NCBI GenBank assembly: GCA_963717365.1
Contig: OY970327.1
Coordinates: 587,599-651,598, forward strand
Source of the DNA: Candidatus Saccharimonadia bacterium
Lineage (GTDB): Bacteria; Patescibacteriota; Saccharimonadia; Saccharimonadales; 2-12-FULL-41-12
Direction: 5' to 3'
DNA length: 64,000 bases
Part shown: in pieces, positions 9,664 to 18,236 of the stretch
Layout of the letters: every line of letters begins with the position of its first letter
How positions within the stretch are numbered: position 1 is the stretch's first letter
The notes under the pieces: model-generated
Told to the model about the DNA's origin: nothing
Seen by the model: only the letters and a program-made list of their open reading frames with translations
The model's database searches: none
Position numbers and translations under genes: made by a program

Positions 9664-10065
9664 CTACAATTCGGACGCGCCGGCGGCAACTTCGCGCTCA
9701 GCAGCGCGTTGCCGGCCACGAATACGTGACATAACGTGCCGCTGCAAGCGCGATGGACTATGCATGTTTTTATAATGCTTTAACTGGTTTTTAAAATTTG
9801 CTTCAACTTCATCAATTGCGGCCAACATGCTAGTAGATTTTCGGTGCGCAGTCAGGCTAGCCTTAGGGAGTTTCATAATTACTTCACATTCATAGGTACG
9901 CTTATCTTTTGATTTAGCTTCTTTAAGCTTAACGTCGACTCTAGCCGACTCACGCGAACCACGTGGCATATACCGGTACAAGCCACCGATTTTCTTTTCT
10001 ACATATAAATGCATATCGTCGGTTAGTTTGGTATGGATAGCCGTGAGGTGTAAATTGTTAATCAT
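9664..10065 (-). CDS. hpf: Ribosome hibernation promoting factor / RaiA family (S30AE)
   Basis: The N-terminus MINNLHLTAIHTKLTDDMHLYVEKKIGGL is typical of the HPF/YfiA fold. AAGGAG SD and a TATAAT box lie upstream. Confidence 0.75.
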   Translation of the reverse strand: MINNLHLTAIHTKLTDDMHLYVEKKIGGLYRYMPRGSRESARVDVKLKEAKSKDKRTYECEVIMKLPKASLTAHRKSTSMLAAIDEVEANFKNQLKHYKNMHSPSRLQRHVMSRIRGRQRAAEREVAAGASEL

Positions 10066-10210
10066 AACAGAACTCCTTAATGTTTAAGTTCTACCTTTTA
10101 TTATACTCCTTTTTTAGGCCATGTTCGCAATTCATTAAAATTAATCAAGACAAGATACAGCATTTTATTTAGCTACGTTGGCAGGTACACTTTTGTGGTA
10201 AAAAGCTATA

Positions 10211-11512
10211 TTATATTATGCTTCGACCGCCGAGGTATGGCCGTAAGACTTCAGGTATGATCACATCACCATCGGCGGTCTGGAAATTTTCGATAATACC
10301 AATTAATGGGCGCTGCGAAAACGCAGTGGCATCGTTGGTGTGAGCCAGCTCCACAGTGCCGTCTGTCCGCCGTACGCGGGTTTGCATAGAGCGGGTTTGA
10401 AAATCAGAAATAAAATCTGCGGTATGCGTTTCACGATAGGCATTTTGACCAGGCAGCCAAACATCGATATCAACACCTTTGGCGTTAGGCCGGCCAATGT
10501 CAGCTGTACATTTTTCTAGTACTCTGTAAGGTAAGCCAATCTGTTGCATTAAATACTCTTGAATGGCGATCATGAGCATGTGCTCATCAAGCGAAGTGTC
10601 GGCGGTAGTAAAGCTTTCCATTTCGAGCTTATTAAACTGGTGTAACCGAAAAAATCCCTCGGTGTCTTTGCCGTATGTACCAGCCTCACGGCGAAATGCG
10701 GTTGTATAGCCAATATAGCGCAGCGGTAAGTCTTTTTCATCGAGGATTTCTTTGTAATACATCGGTGCCAAGGTGTGTTCGGCACTGGCGTTAAGCCACA
10801 AGTCTTCATCTTCAATTTTATAGGTTGTCTCTTCTCTATTAAGACGGCCGGTGGCTTCAAAAATTTCCCTTTTGGCGGCCGCTGGCGGCAATACCGGCTT
10901 AAACGGCTTAGTTGAAACATTTAAGCTGCTGTTAGCAATAATTTGCTTTAGGGTGTCTTCATTACAAACCGTATCCATACCAAACTGCCATAGGGCAAAC
11001 TCCAACCGAACCAAATCACCCATTAAATAAACAAAACGGGCGCCTGCAACTTTAGCACCACGGTCTTTGTCGAGCCAACCTTTTGCTTCGGCAATCTGGG
11101 CATGATTTTTAATCTCAAAATTAAATACTGGTTTTTCACCGATGGTTTTAATAATGACATTCTGCTCTTCAGTCTCGCCTATCGGCACCATATCAAGTGG
11201 CATGTTGGGTACTGATTTTAGTAGTTCCAGCCACTTTTCTTCGGTTTCAGCCAGATAAGTTTCCCGTTCAGCCAGCTCTACTTTTATCTGTTTACCTTCT
11301 TCAATTGCCGCCTGATCCGGCTTGCCACCAGAAACTTTCATTGTCTCAGCTATTTCATTGCGCCGCTGGCGCAGGCTTTCAACCGTTTGCAGCAAGTCTT
11401 TGCGCTCGTTATCAAGCTGCAACAAGAGTTGCACATCAATGTCATAACCTTTTTGCTTTGCCTTTTCGCGGACACGTTCTGGGTTATCTCTGACTAACTG
11501 GATATCTATCAT
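10211..11512 (-). CDS. serS: Seryl-tRNA synthetase
   Basis: 433 aa with an N-terminal coiled-coil arm (MIDIQLVRDNPERV...) and a class II core (FRREAG, GRPNAKG). TATACT lies 7 nt upstream of the ATG. Confidence 0.95.
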   Translation of the reverse strand: MIDIQLVRDNPERVREKAKQKGYDIDVQLLLQLDNERKDLLQTVESLRQRRNEIAETMKVSGGKPDQAAIEEGKQIKVELAERETYLAETEEKWLELLKSVPNMPLDMVPIGETEEQNVIIKTIGEKPVFNFEIKNHAQIAEAKGWLDKDRGAKVAGARFVYLMGDLVRLEFALWQFGMDTVCNEDTLKQIIANSSLNVSTKPFKPVLPPAAAKREIFEATGRLNREETTYKIEDEDLWLNASAEHTLAPMYYKEILDEKDLPLRYIGYTTAFRREAGTYGKDTEGFFRLHQFNKLEMESFTTADTSLDEHMLMIAIQEYLMQQIGLPYRVLEKCTADIGRPNAKGVDIDVWLPGQNAYRETHTADFISDFQTRSMQTRVRRTDGTVELAHTNDATAFSQRPLIGIIENFQTADGDVIIPEVLRPYLGGRSII

Positions 11513-11533
11513 GATTAACAGTATATAAGACTT

Positions 11534-12316
11534 TTACTTCTTTTGGATATGTTTGAGAGTTAACTCCATGCGCGACCGAGCGTAAGCACAGAACTCGCAC
11601 TCACCGCCCATAATACTAACGCCCATCGGCGGCATAGTATCGTTGTCCATGCAGGCTTTCATTTTTACAATCGTTTTTTCTACCCAGGAGTCATTGCCGG
11701 TATATGGAATAACTTTGGTGCGGAACTCAATCCGATCGTTAAAACCGTCAAGATCAAGCCGGCCGTTGGTATAAACAAAATAGCCGGTATCGCTGACTTC
11801 AAAACCGTTCTGGCGCAATAACCACTGGTAAACCTCCATTTGGCGCTTATAGGTTATCTGCCATTCGGCGTCAAGATTAACTTCGGTGGCCTTGGCAGTT
11901 GCTTTATAGTCTACGACGATTAATTGACCATTGCTTGTAACCCAAACATCGTCAATCGCACCGAAAATATGCAGGTTGGTTGGTTCATGCAAAGCAACAA
12001 CGCCAGTAAAATTATGTCGCCAGTCATCAAGTTTTTCATGAGCGTATGGAATTGCATCAATGTTGTGTGCAGTCATCAATGGATGTGGTTCAGACTTTGT
12101 CCGATACACATCGAACTCCTTCTTAAAAAGTTCATCGATTGCTTTATTAATTTGAAACGGGGGGCCGTTAGGACGGGTAATTTTTAGACGTATATCAAGC
12201 CAAAAGCAGCGCTGGCACTGCGTAAACAGCTCAATTTTACTGCGACTGAGTTTGAAAGCCGTCTTTTGTCCCGGTTTGTATGGTTGGGATCGCTGCCGCC
12301 AATAACTATTTGCCAT
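11534..12316 (-). CDS. PD-(D/E)XK nuclease, Cas4/RecB-like, with Cys clusters
   Basis: 260 aa with IVVDYK (D-x-K) and cysteines at the N-terminus (CQRC) and C-terminus (C...CEFC), compatible with an Fe-S Cas4-like fold. No CRISPR or cas genes are nearby. Confidence 0.6.
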   Translation of the reverse strand: MANSYWRQRSQPYKPGQKTAFKLSRSKIELFTQCQRCFWLDIRLKITRPNGPPFQINKAIDELFKKEFDVYRTKSEPHPLMTAHNIDAIPYAHEKLDDWRHNFTGVVALHEPTNLHIFGAIDDVWVTSNGQLIVVDYKATAKATEVNLDAEWQITYKRQMEVYQWLLRQNGFEVSDTGYFVYTNGRLDLDGFNDRIEFRTKVIPYTGNDSWVEKTIVKMKACMDNDTMPPMGVSIMGGECEFCAYARSRMELTLKHIQKK

Positions 12317-12356
12317 TACCTAATTGTAGCAGTACAAACAGTACATGGCCGGGACT

Positions 12357-13052
12357 TTAGCCTTCTAGCTGACGTCTTCTGTTTATTCTTTGTTCCTTCG
12401 GCAACTCATCGACTTTCTCTATGAGGTTAATTTGCATGGAAGTTAGGGTGTTAATTATTTCTAATAATTTATCAGGATTTAGGTCTTCGCAAGCATACTG
12501 AAGGCTGACTAAATCTTCGGGTAGAGGACGTTCCAATATTTTGTGTAAGTGGCTTACTTCATAAAGTATGTCGCGCAATTTCTGACGCCGTAATGGGCTA
12601 TCTAAACTTGCTACTAACTCTTTATATTGAGGGGTTAATTCATCGCTGGCCTGTCTGCCTTTTTCGGCTACCCGGGCATTAGTTATATTTACAGACCGGG
12701 GATTTCTCTGTACATGGATTTCAAGCAGGCCTTCCTCGGCACATAATTCAATTGCTGTTTTTGTAATCAGATTTTCTAAATTGAGTGTTCGGGCAAAATC
12801 GGCAATAATGCCTTTTTTACGCTCTCTGGGATATAACCAGTCTTGGATATCATTACTTTTTGTTCTAACCAAATTTAATACTGCAAAACTGGCTACACTC
12901 ATGTGTACCGTATTATTATCACTCAATATATGTTCATTTATTTCAGTCACGTCCACATTTTCTGGTGCCAACGGACGCATTGGTTCAACAATAGTTAATC
13001 TATGGTAAGGGCGGGTGTATTCACTTTCCGAACGTAACGACTCTGGACTCAT
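12357..13052 (-). CDS. Hypothetical protein (possible winged-helix segment)
   Basis: 231-aa ORF. TATAGT lies 8 nt upstream of ATG 13052. No family recognised. Confidence 0.4.
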   Translation of the reverse strand: MSPESLRSESEYTRPYHRLTIVEPMRPLAPENVDVTEINEHILSDNNTVHMSVASFAVLNLVRTKSNDIQDWLYPRERKKGIIADFARTLNLENLITKTAIELCAEEGLLEIHVQRNPRSVNITNARVAEKGRQASDELTPQYKELVASLDSPLRRQKLRDILYEVSHLHKILERPLPEDLVSLQYACEDLNPDKLLEIINTLTSMQINLIEKVDELPKEQRINRRRQLEG

Positions 13053-13061
13053 TAATAAATA

Positions 13062-13754
13062 CTATAACATAATAATCGTACTTGCGGTGACTGCTGCTGT
13101 TTCAGCGCGTAAAGTAAAGTTGCTAACATGCAAGTGAGCTAGTTTTTGATCTTGAAAAAATTGCTTCTCAGCTTCACTCCAACCGCCTTCAGGACCGATA
13201 AAAATACCAGTCCGAGCGTCTTTAGAAATTTTTGGCGGTGACTTTGTTCCTTGCTCGCAAATAAAGAGTTGCGCCTTGTCATGATACTCAGTAAGAGCAG
13301 TTTGAACATGCATAGGCTCGCGGATTGATGGAATATTTGAACGGCCGCATTGTTCACTAGCTTCAATCACTATTTTACGCGCCCGCTCAGTATTAAAGTT
13401 GTCGCGAACCGACCGCTCAGCTAAAAGTGGCACGAAATTTGAAACACCCAGTTCGGTACATTTCTGTAAAATTAAATCGTTATTGTCTTTTTTAAGCAAA
13501 CTGAAAAAAAGGTAGACGTGTCGAGATGGTAACTGTCGATCCAATTCTGTCACCATTTGGAGATGTGCTTCAGTTTTATCAATTTTAACTAGATGATACA
13601 ATCGGTCAGTTTGTTTTCCGTCAAATAATATAACCTTTTGGCCCTCACGAAAACGGAGTACTCTGTTCCATTGCCAGAGTAACGACTCATCATGCAGCCA
13701 AAAGTCCTTTTTTAGTTGAAATTTATCTGCTATATAGAATCGGTGAATACGCAT
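13062..13754 (-). CDS. rsmE: 16S rRNA (uracil1498-N3)-methyltransferase RsmE
   Basis: N-terminus MRIHRFYI... and IFIGPEGGWSEAE motif. 230 aa. Confidence 0.8.
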   Translation of the reverse strand: MRIHRFYIADKFQLKKDFWLHDESLLWQWNRVLRFREGQKVILFDGKQTDRLYHLVKIDKTEAHLQMVTELDRQLPSRHVYLFFSLLKKDNNDLILQKCTELGVSNFVPLLAERSVRDNFNTERARKIVIEASEQCGRSNIPSIREPMHVQTALTEYHDKAQLFICEQGTKSPPKISKDARTGIFIGPEGGWSEAEKQFFQDQKLAHLHVSNFTLRAETAAVTASTIIML

Positions 13755-13795
13755 ATGATTAGATTATAGAGACTAAGTACATTATTAAGTAGTAA

Positions 13796-14986
13796 TCACT
13801 TATCAGGCGTCGAATTATTGATAACCACGCTTGGTTGGGCGGGCTTTGCCGGAGATGATACGTCAGTCGGTCCTACCATGGCGCCAGGAGCTAGGGTTGT
13901 GGTTGGAAAATTTCGTAATCGCTCTAAACGCTCTTCAAGAATTTTTGATTCTGTCGGGGGTGAAGCCGCTCCTGTAGTAGATATTGCTGGAGTAGAAAAT
14001 ATCGGGATATGATTTTTGGAGCGAGATGCTGCAAGTTGTGTCCACAACATTTTTGCACCCAAAAGCAACCCAGCAACTGCTACGAGACCGCCGGTTGCAA
14101 TTGCTACCTTGGAAATAGTACTTATGCCGGAAGAATCTTGAGATTTGTTGACACTTCCCTCCCCATTTGTGCTCACTGGCAATTCGTTAGTTGCATTTGC
14201 TGCTGGAACAGCAGGGGGCGAAGTAACCGGAGTCGTTCCCGGATCGATCGGAGAACCAGAAGAAACCTGACTGGTTGATTGCGACTGCTGATTCCGTCCT
14301 GTACCTGCTCCACCGTTTGATGGTGCTGTAGCGGCTGGAGCACCAGGACTCGTAGACGTAGCAGGCGCTCCAGGGTTAGAGCCTATAGGCGGTGCACTAG
14401 GACTTGATGCAGGTGCATTAATCGTATAAGTTACTCCGTTACTTTGGAGGGGTAAGTTACTGCCATCATCTTCGCTTGTAACATATGAACTTGCCATAAA
14501 ATTCAACTGGGCAGAACCGGTGTTAATTGCCTTAAAGCTAATGCGTGCGAACAGTTCGTCACCTCCAGGCACGGCCGGTGTTGCAGTCCGCTCTAGGTGC
14601 AATACGCCGCCGGTATTTGTTTCTTGTACTACAGTACTATAGGGAGAACTTGGTAAACTAACACTTTGGAATTCTATTTTGTCGGACACATAGTCCAGAT
14701 ATATTGACGCGCCTTTGACAGGAACGCCGGCAGCAGTATTAATTCGGATATCGACTTCAAACATTTCACCGGTATCAACCGATTGATTAATGCCAGGTGA
14801 AGTATAGAGCGTAGCCGTACCGATAGCTGCCGAGGAATGCATAATGATATAACTCATAGCCGCCGAGAAGAGCCCGGCGGCTATTATTACCGCAGGGACA
14901 ATGAAAGAAGTTGAAAGTACGTGTTGATACGTCGGTGTTTTTCTCCGTATTTTTTTTACTGGTTTTTGGGTTTTATGAACGGACAT
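13796..14986 (-). CDS. Membrane-anchored surface protein with a cohesin/Ig-like beta domain and a Pro/Ser/Thr-rich linker
   Basis: N-terminal TM, a ~150-aa beta-rich domain (EMFEVDIRINTAAGVPVKGASIYLDY...), about 90 aa of P/S/A/T low complexity, and a second TM (VAIATGGLVAVAGLLLGA). The domain call is by eye only. Confidence 0.45.
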   Translation of the reverse strand: MSVHKTQKPVKKIRRKTPTYQHVLSTSFIVPAVIIAAGLFSAAMSYIIMHSSAAIGTATLYTSPGINQSVDTGEMFEVDIRINTAAGVPVKGASIYLDYVSDKIEFQSVSLPSSPYSTVVQETNTGGVLHLERTATPAVPGGDELFARISFKAINTGSAQLNFMASSYVTSEDDGSNLPLQSNGVTYTINAPASSPSAPPIGSNPGAPATSTSPGAPAATAPSNGGAGTGRNQQSQSTSQVSSGSPIDPGTTPVTSPPAVPAANATNELPVSTNGEGSVNKSQDSSGISTISKVAIATGGLVAVAGLLLGAKMLWTQLAASRSKNHIPIFSTPAISTTGAASPPTESKILEERLERLRNFPTTTLAPGAMVGPTDVSSPAKPAQPSVVINNSTPDK

Positions 14987-15049
14987 ACGGAACTGTTTAT
15001 ATTTAGCTTACGCTTTCTCTTGCAAGTATAACAACAGAAGGTAATCTGC

Positions 15050-15637
15050 TCAACTAAATAAGTGTCTGCGAAGAGTTAAGAACTTCAAAAATATTCCACC
15101 CAGATAGATATACAAGCCGAGCCCAATACACGCCACAAAAACTTTATATGTTTCCAGCCATGAATTAAATCCGCTCACAAATACCGTGCTTGCAATAGGC
15201 AGCGCTCCGACAAATAAACAAATTATCCACGCTACCAGGCCCATCAGCGCTACTGATCGCAAAATAAAATGGATTAAGATATAGCTTTTGTTTTGTTTAT
15301 ATACCTTGGCGTTCGCCAAATTTCTATGCGGCACATCACTTATATATAAATGCAATACACCCCGCAGAACGTCTACTATTATTATGCCGATAAAGGCTAC
15401 GACGAGCCAAAATATAAAAGTAGCGGCATCGGCAGTAATAACAGATAGCACATTTAATAAAAAGTCCCTAAATGACGGCAGCGTTTCAGTGCTAATATAT
15501 TCGGATCCGTTACTACCAAGCAATATTGACGTTACTTGCTTATAATTCAGCAGTATCAGTCCGGCAGCAGATAACACAAATAATAAGGTAAGTTCCAGCT
15601 TTCCGGGGATAAATGCTAATCTATCGGGTTGGTTCAT
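15050..15637 (-). CDS. Hypothetical polytopic membrane protein
   Basis: 195 aa with 4-5 hydrophobic helices. Confidence 0.4.
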   Translation of the reverse strand: MNQPDRLAFIPGKLELTLLFVLSAAGLILLNYKQVTSILLGSNGSEYISTETLPSFRDFLLNVLSVITADAATFIFWLVVAFIGIIIVDVLRGVLHLYISDVPHRNLANAKVYKQNKSYILIHFILRSVALMGLVAWIICLFVGALPIASTVFVSGFNSWLETYKVFVACIGLGLYIYLGGIFLKFLTLRRHLFS

Positions 15638-15716
15638 TACCTTATTATAAGCATAACTGTTGATTTTTTAGTCAACTCATAAAAGACAAAACATTCTAAC
15701 TTGCTACTAGAACTGG

Positions 15717-17009
15717 CTATTGATCGCTAAGTAAGGATTGGTTTTTAGGACTGAGAATAGCCAACGCTTCAATGTGTGGTGTGCGCGGAAAGAAATTATA
15801 GCCGTGAATTGATTCTATTGTGAAACTGCCCTGGAGTAACTCAAGGTCGCGCGCTAATGTGCCCGGATTACAACTAAGATAGATAATTTTGGGTGGTTTC
15901 ACGCTTATAATTCGATCGGTCAAATCACGGTGCAAACCAGCCCGCGGCGGGTCAACCACCAATGTATGTGACTCATCAACATACTCTAAGGCTCGTTCGC
16001 TGCTGGCATGAACTACCGTCGCTGTTCGTGGTGTACCGGTGTTTTTTTTAGCCCAGACAACGTTTGCCGCTTCACTTTCAACCAGCAAGTCAGTATGCGG
16101 CAACGATAATCCGATTGAGCCTACCCCACTATACAGGTCAATCACGGGGGTGTCGCCAGCTACCACTCTTATTTGGTCCAGCACAGTCTTAAATATACCT
16201 AAGTTGCCTTGGAAGAACGAAAAAACATCATAGCGTATATTTGTTTCTATCAGTGTTTCTCCAAGGGATATATCGCCAAATTTATAAAGATCTTGTGTTC
16301 TGACACTCGCTGGACTTTGCGGATTTGAATAGCATACAACCGTTCCTTGGCACAGACTATCGAGCTCTTTGAGCACCGGAAATTTCTGATCCCGGGTGAA
16401 TATTCCAACAACCGTATTGCCTGCGGCGTCACAACGAATAACTGCACTTTTAATATCGCCAGCTCTGATTTTTTTCTTATTTAATAAGTCAGCTAATTTG
16501 TTAGCCACGGCATCTATTTCTGGTCGGGCTATACTGCTACCGGTCACAATCTGCTTGCCATGTGTACCACGATTAAATAAAGCAAGGTGTAAGCCTTCAT
16601 CATCGCCGTAGAACGAGTACTCCATTTTATTTCGATAGTGCCATTGTTCATCTGGTGCTTCGAATGGCAATTTTCCGTCGTATACTACGCCAGCACGCTG
16701 TAAGGTTTCGAGTAAAATTTCTTGCTTGTAACGATTTTCAGCCACGTAGCTCATCATCTGCCATGGACTTGTACTCAAATAGAGTTCATCACGCGGCACT
16801 TCCCGCTCAGCCGATGGCTTTAGAATTTCATCGGCAACACCCTCCACTAGCGAACTTTTAGCTTTGCGTGTGGTAAAGCGAACCGTTTCACTAGGCAGAA
16901 CATTCCACACCAGCGCTTTCTTCCCATTGGGCAAACTACCTAAACCTTGTCCTCCATGAACCAGCTTATCGATTAGAATTTCATGAATTTGGGGCTTAAA
17001 TTTAGACAT
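15717..17009 (-). CDS. 23S rRNA (uracil-C5)-methyltransferase, RlmD/RumA family
   Basis: N-terminal TRAM-like segment and SAM-MTase motifs DLYSGVGSIGL, VVDPPRAG and YLSCNPGTLARD. Confidence 0.75.
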   Translation of the reverse strand: MSKFKPQIHEILIDKLVHGGQGLGSLPNGKKALVWNVLPSETVRFTTRKAKSSLVEGVADEILKPSAEREVPRDELYLSTSPWQMMSYVAENRYKQEILLETLQRAGVVYDGKLPFEAPDEQWHYRNKMEYSFYGDDEGLHLALFNRGTHGKQIVTGSSIARPEIDAVANKLADLLNKKKIRAGDIKSAVIRCDAAGNTVVGIFTRDQKFPVLKELDSLCQGTVVCYSNPQSPASVRTQDLYKFGDISLGETLIETNIRYDVFSFFQGNLGIFKTVLDQIRVVAGDTPVIDLYSGVGSIGLSLPHTDLLVESEAANVVWAKKNTGTPRTATVVHASSERALEYVDESHTLVVDPPRAGLHRDLTDRIISVKPPKIIYLSCNPGTLARDLELLQGSFTIESIHGYNFFPRTPHIEALAILSPKNQSLLSDQ

Positions 17010-17036
17010 GAAACCTAAAGTTCACTCAAGTCGAAC

Positions 17037-17981
17037 TTACTTAAGCGCAATTACGACGATCAAAACAACTGCAAACTTAGTAAACAGATCAATCCGTAGG
17101 TATCGTTCTTCAGCACGGAGATAATCGCCCGCTCTACCCACTCGCAGTTGGCGATATTGAGTAATCGCAAAGCCGATAAAACCAAGCAGCAGTACACCAG
17201 CCACCGCATACACATGCCAACCAAATCGCTCCATGCCGTATAAGCTAGTACCGATGAAGCTACCGATCAGCGGTAGCCATGCCATCGCACCGGTAATTAA
17301 GCTCAGTGTATATGCAAACCATTTTGGACGGGCAGTACCGATGTTTTCACGTTCGGCTATAAAACTCAGCATTGTGGTAATAAAAATTAAGAATGCTGAT
17401 AGTTTTAATGTTGCAAGATCATCTATTCCACCGATTAGGTTAGCAAAGTTCAGTAGTAAGGCAGCGGAGATACCAAAAGCTAACCATCGTAGACCGGAGG
17501 TACGATTAGCAAGCGTAGCTTCATAGCGACTACGTAGTTTTGTTGCTAGTAAAATCAGAATAAGTGAGCTTGCGAGTAATGATGCCGCAAGTACATATTT
17601 TGGATCGAGATTAAAGAGCACTTCACTGGCTGGTCCAAGCACGACAGTGCTATCACTGGCAAATTGATCACGAGTCTGTAGACCAAGCCGTACAGCCACT
17701 TCTGTGGTTGTGACGAAGCCAATTACCAGCGCAGCAAAAATTAGATTGACCATGGCCGAGCTAACAAGCAGACTTCGGATACGGTCTAACGGAGTTAGCG
17801 GGCTGCGTGTTGTTGCCTTTACGGTACTTACGCTTGTTTGTGTGATTAGTGGTTTTTTGACAGCTGTTTTTCGCGGAGCGGCGACAGCTTTTTGGTTAGT
17901 TATTTTCTTGGTAGTTTTTACTGCCTTTGCAGGCTTTTTGGTAGTTGTACGTGTCGATTTCGACTGAGTTGTTGTTGCCAT
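17037..17981 (-). CDS. Heliorhodopsin-like seven-transmembrane protein with a basic N-terminal extension
   Basis: 314 aa with seven predicted TM helices after a ~60-aa K/T/A-rich tail. By-eye similarity to heliorhodopsin 48C12, recalled from memory: RYEATLANRTSGLRWLAFGIS versus RYSASLMKNQNIFRWVEYSLS, GGIDDLATL versus CGIADIVALL, and YLRAEERYLRIDLFTKFAVV versus YLRGERAYIVLSLVAKSALA. The TM7 Lys is codon 302 (17078..17076). Confidence 0.55.
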   Translation of the reverse strand: MATTTQSKSTRTTTKKPAKAVKTTKKITNQKAVAAPRKTAVKKPLITQTSVSTVKATTRSPLTPLDRIRSLLVSSAMVNLIFAALVIGFVTTTEVAVRLGLQTRDQFASDSTVVLGPASEVLFNLDPKYVLAASLLASSLILILLATKLRSRYEATLANRTSGLRWLAFGISAALLLNFANLIGGIDDLATLKLSAFLIFITTMLSFIAERENIGTARPKWFAYTLSLITGAMAWLPLIGSFIGTSLYGMERFGWHVYAVAGVLLLGFIGFAITQYRQLRVGRAGDYLRAEERYLRIDLFTKFAVVLIVVIALK

Positions 17982-17988
17982 AGCTCAC

Positions 17989-17997
17989 ACTATACCA
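17989..17997 (-). promoter_or_regulatory. Extended -10 promoter giving a leaderless transcript of the heliorhodopsin-like gene
   Basis: TGGTATAGT (17997->17989), then 7 nt, then ATG 17981. No SD. Confidence 0.45.
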
Positions 17998-18236
17998 TAC
18001 CTGTGATTCCTCGGTAACTTGGACGCCCTCGATAGATCAAAACCTACCCACCTTCTACCTATGCAAAATGACAAGGTATCCTGGAAGTTGGTTAGCTGCA
18101 ACAATAACTTTTTCAAGGAAAAATAAAGACTATTTCTGTTTCTTTAGATAGTCGATTAGCTGCCCAAAGTAGTGAGCCCCTTGCGGGACAAGTTTGGCTG
18201 GGTCTATAGACCTGCCATGGCTTTAAATCTGGCATG

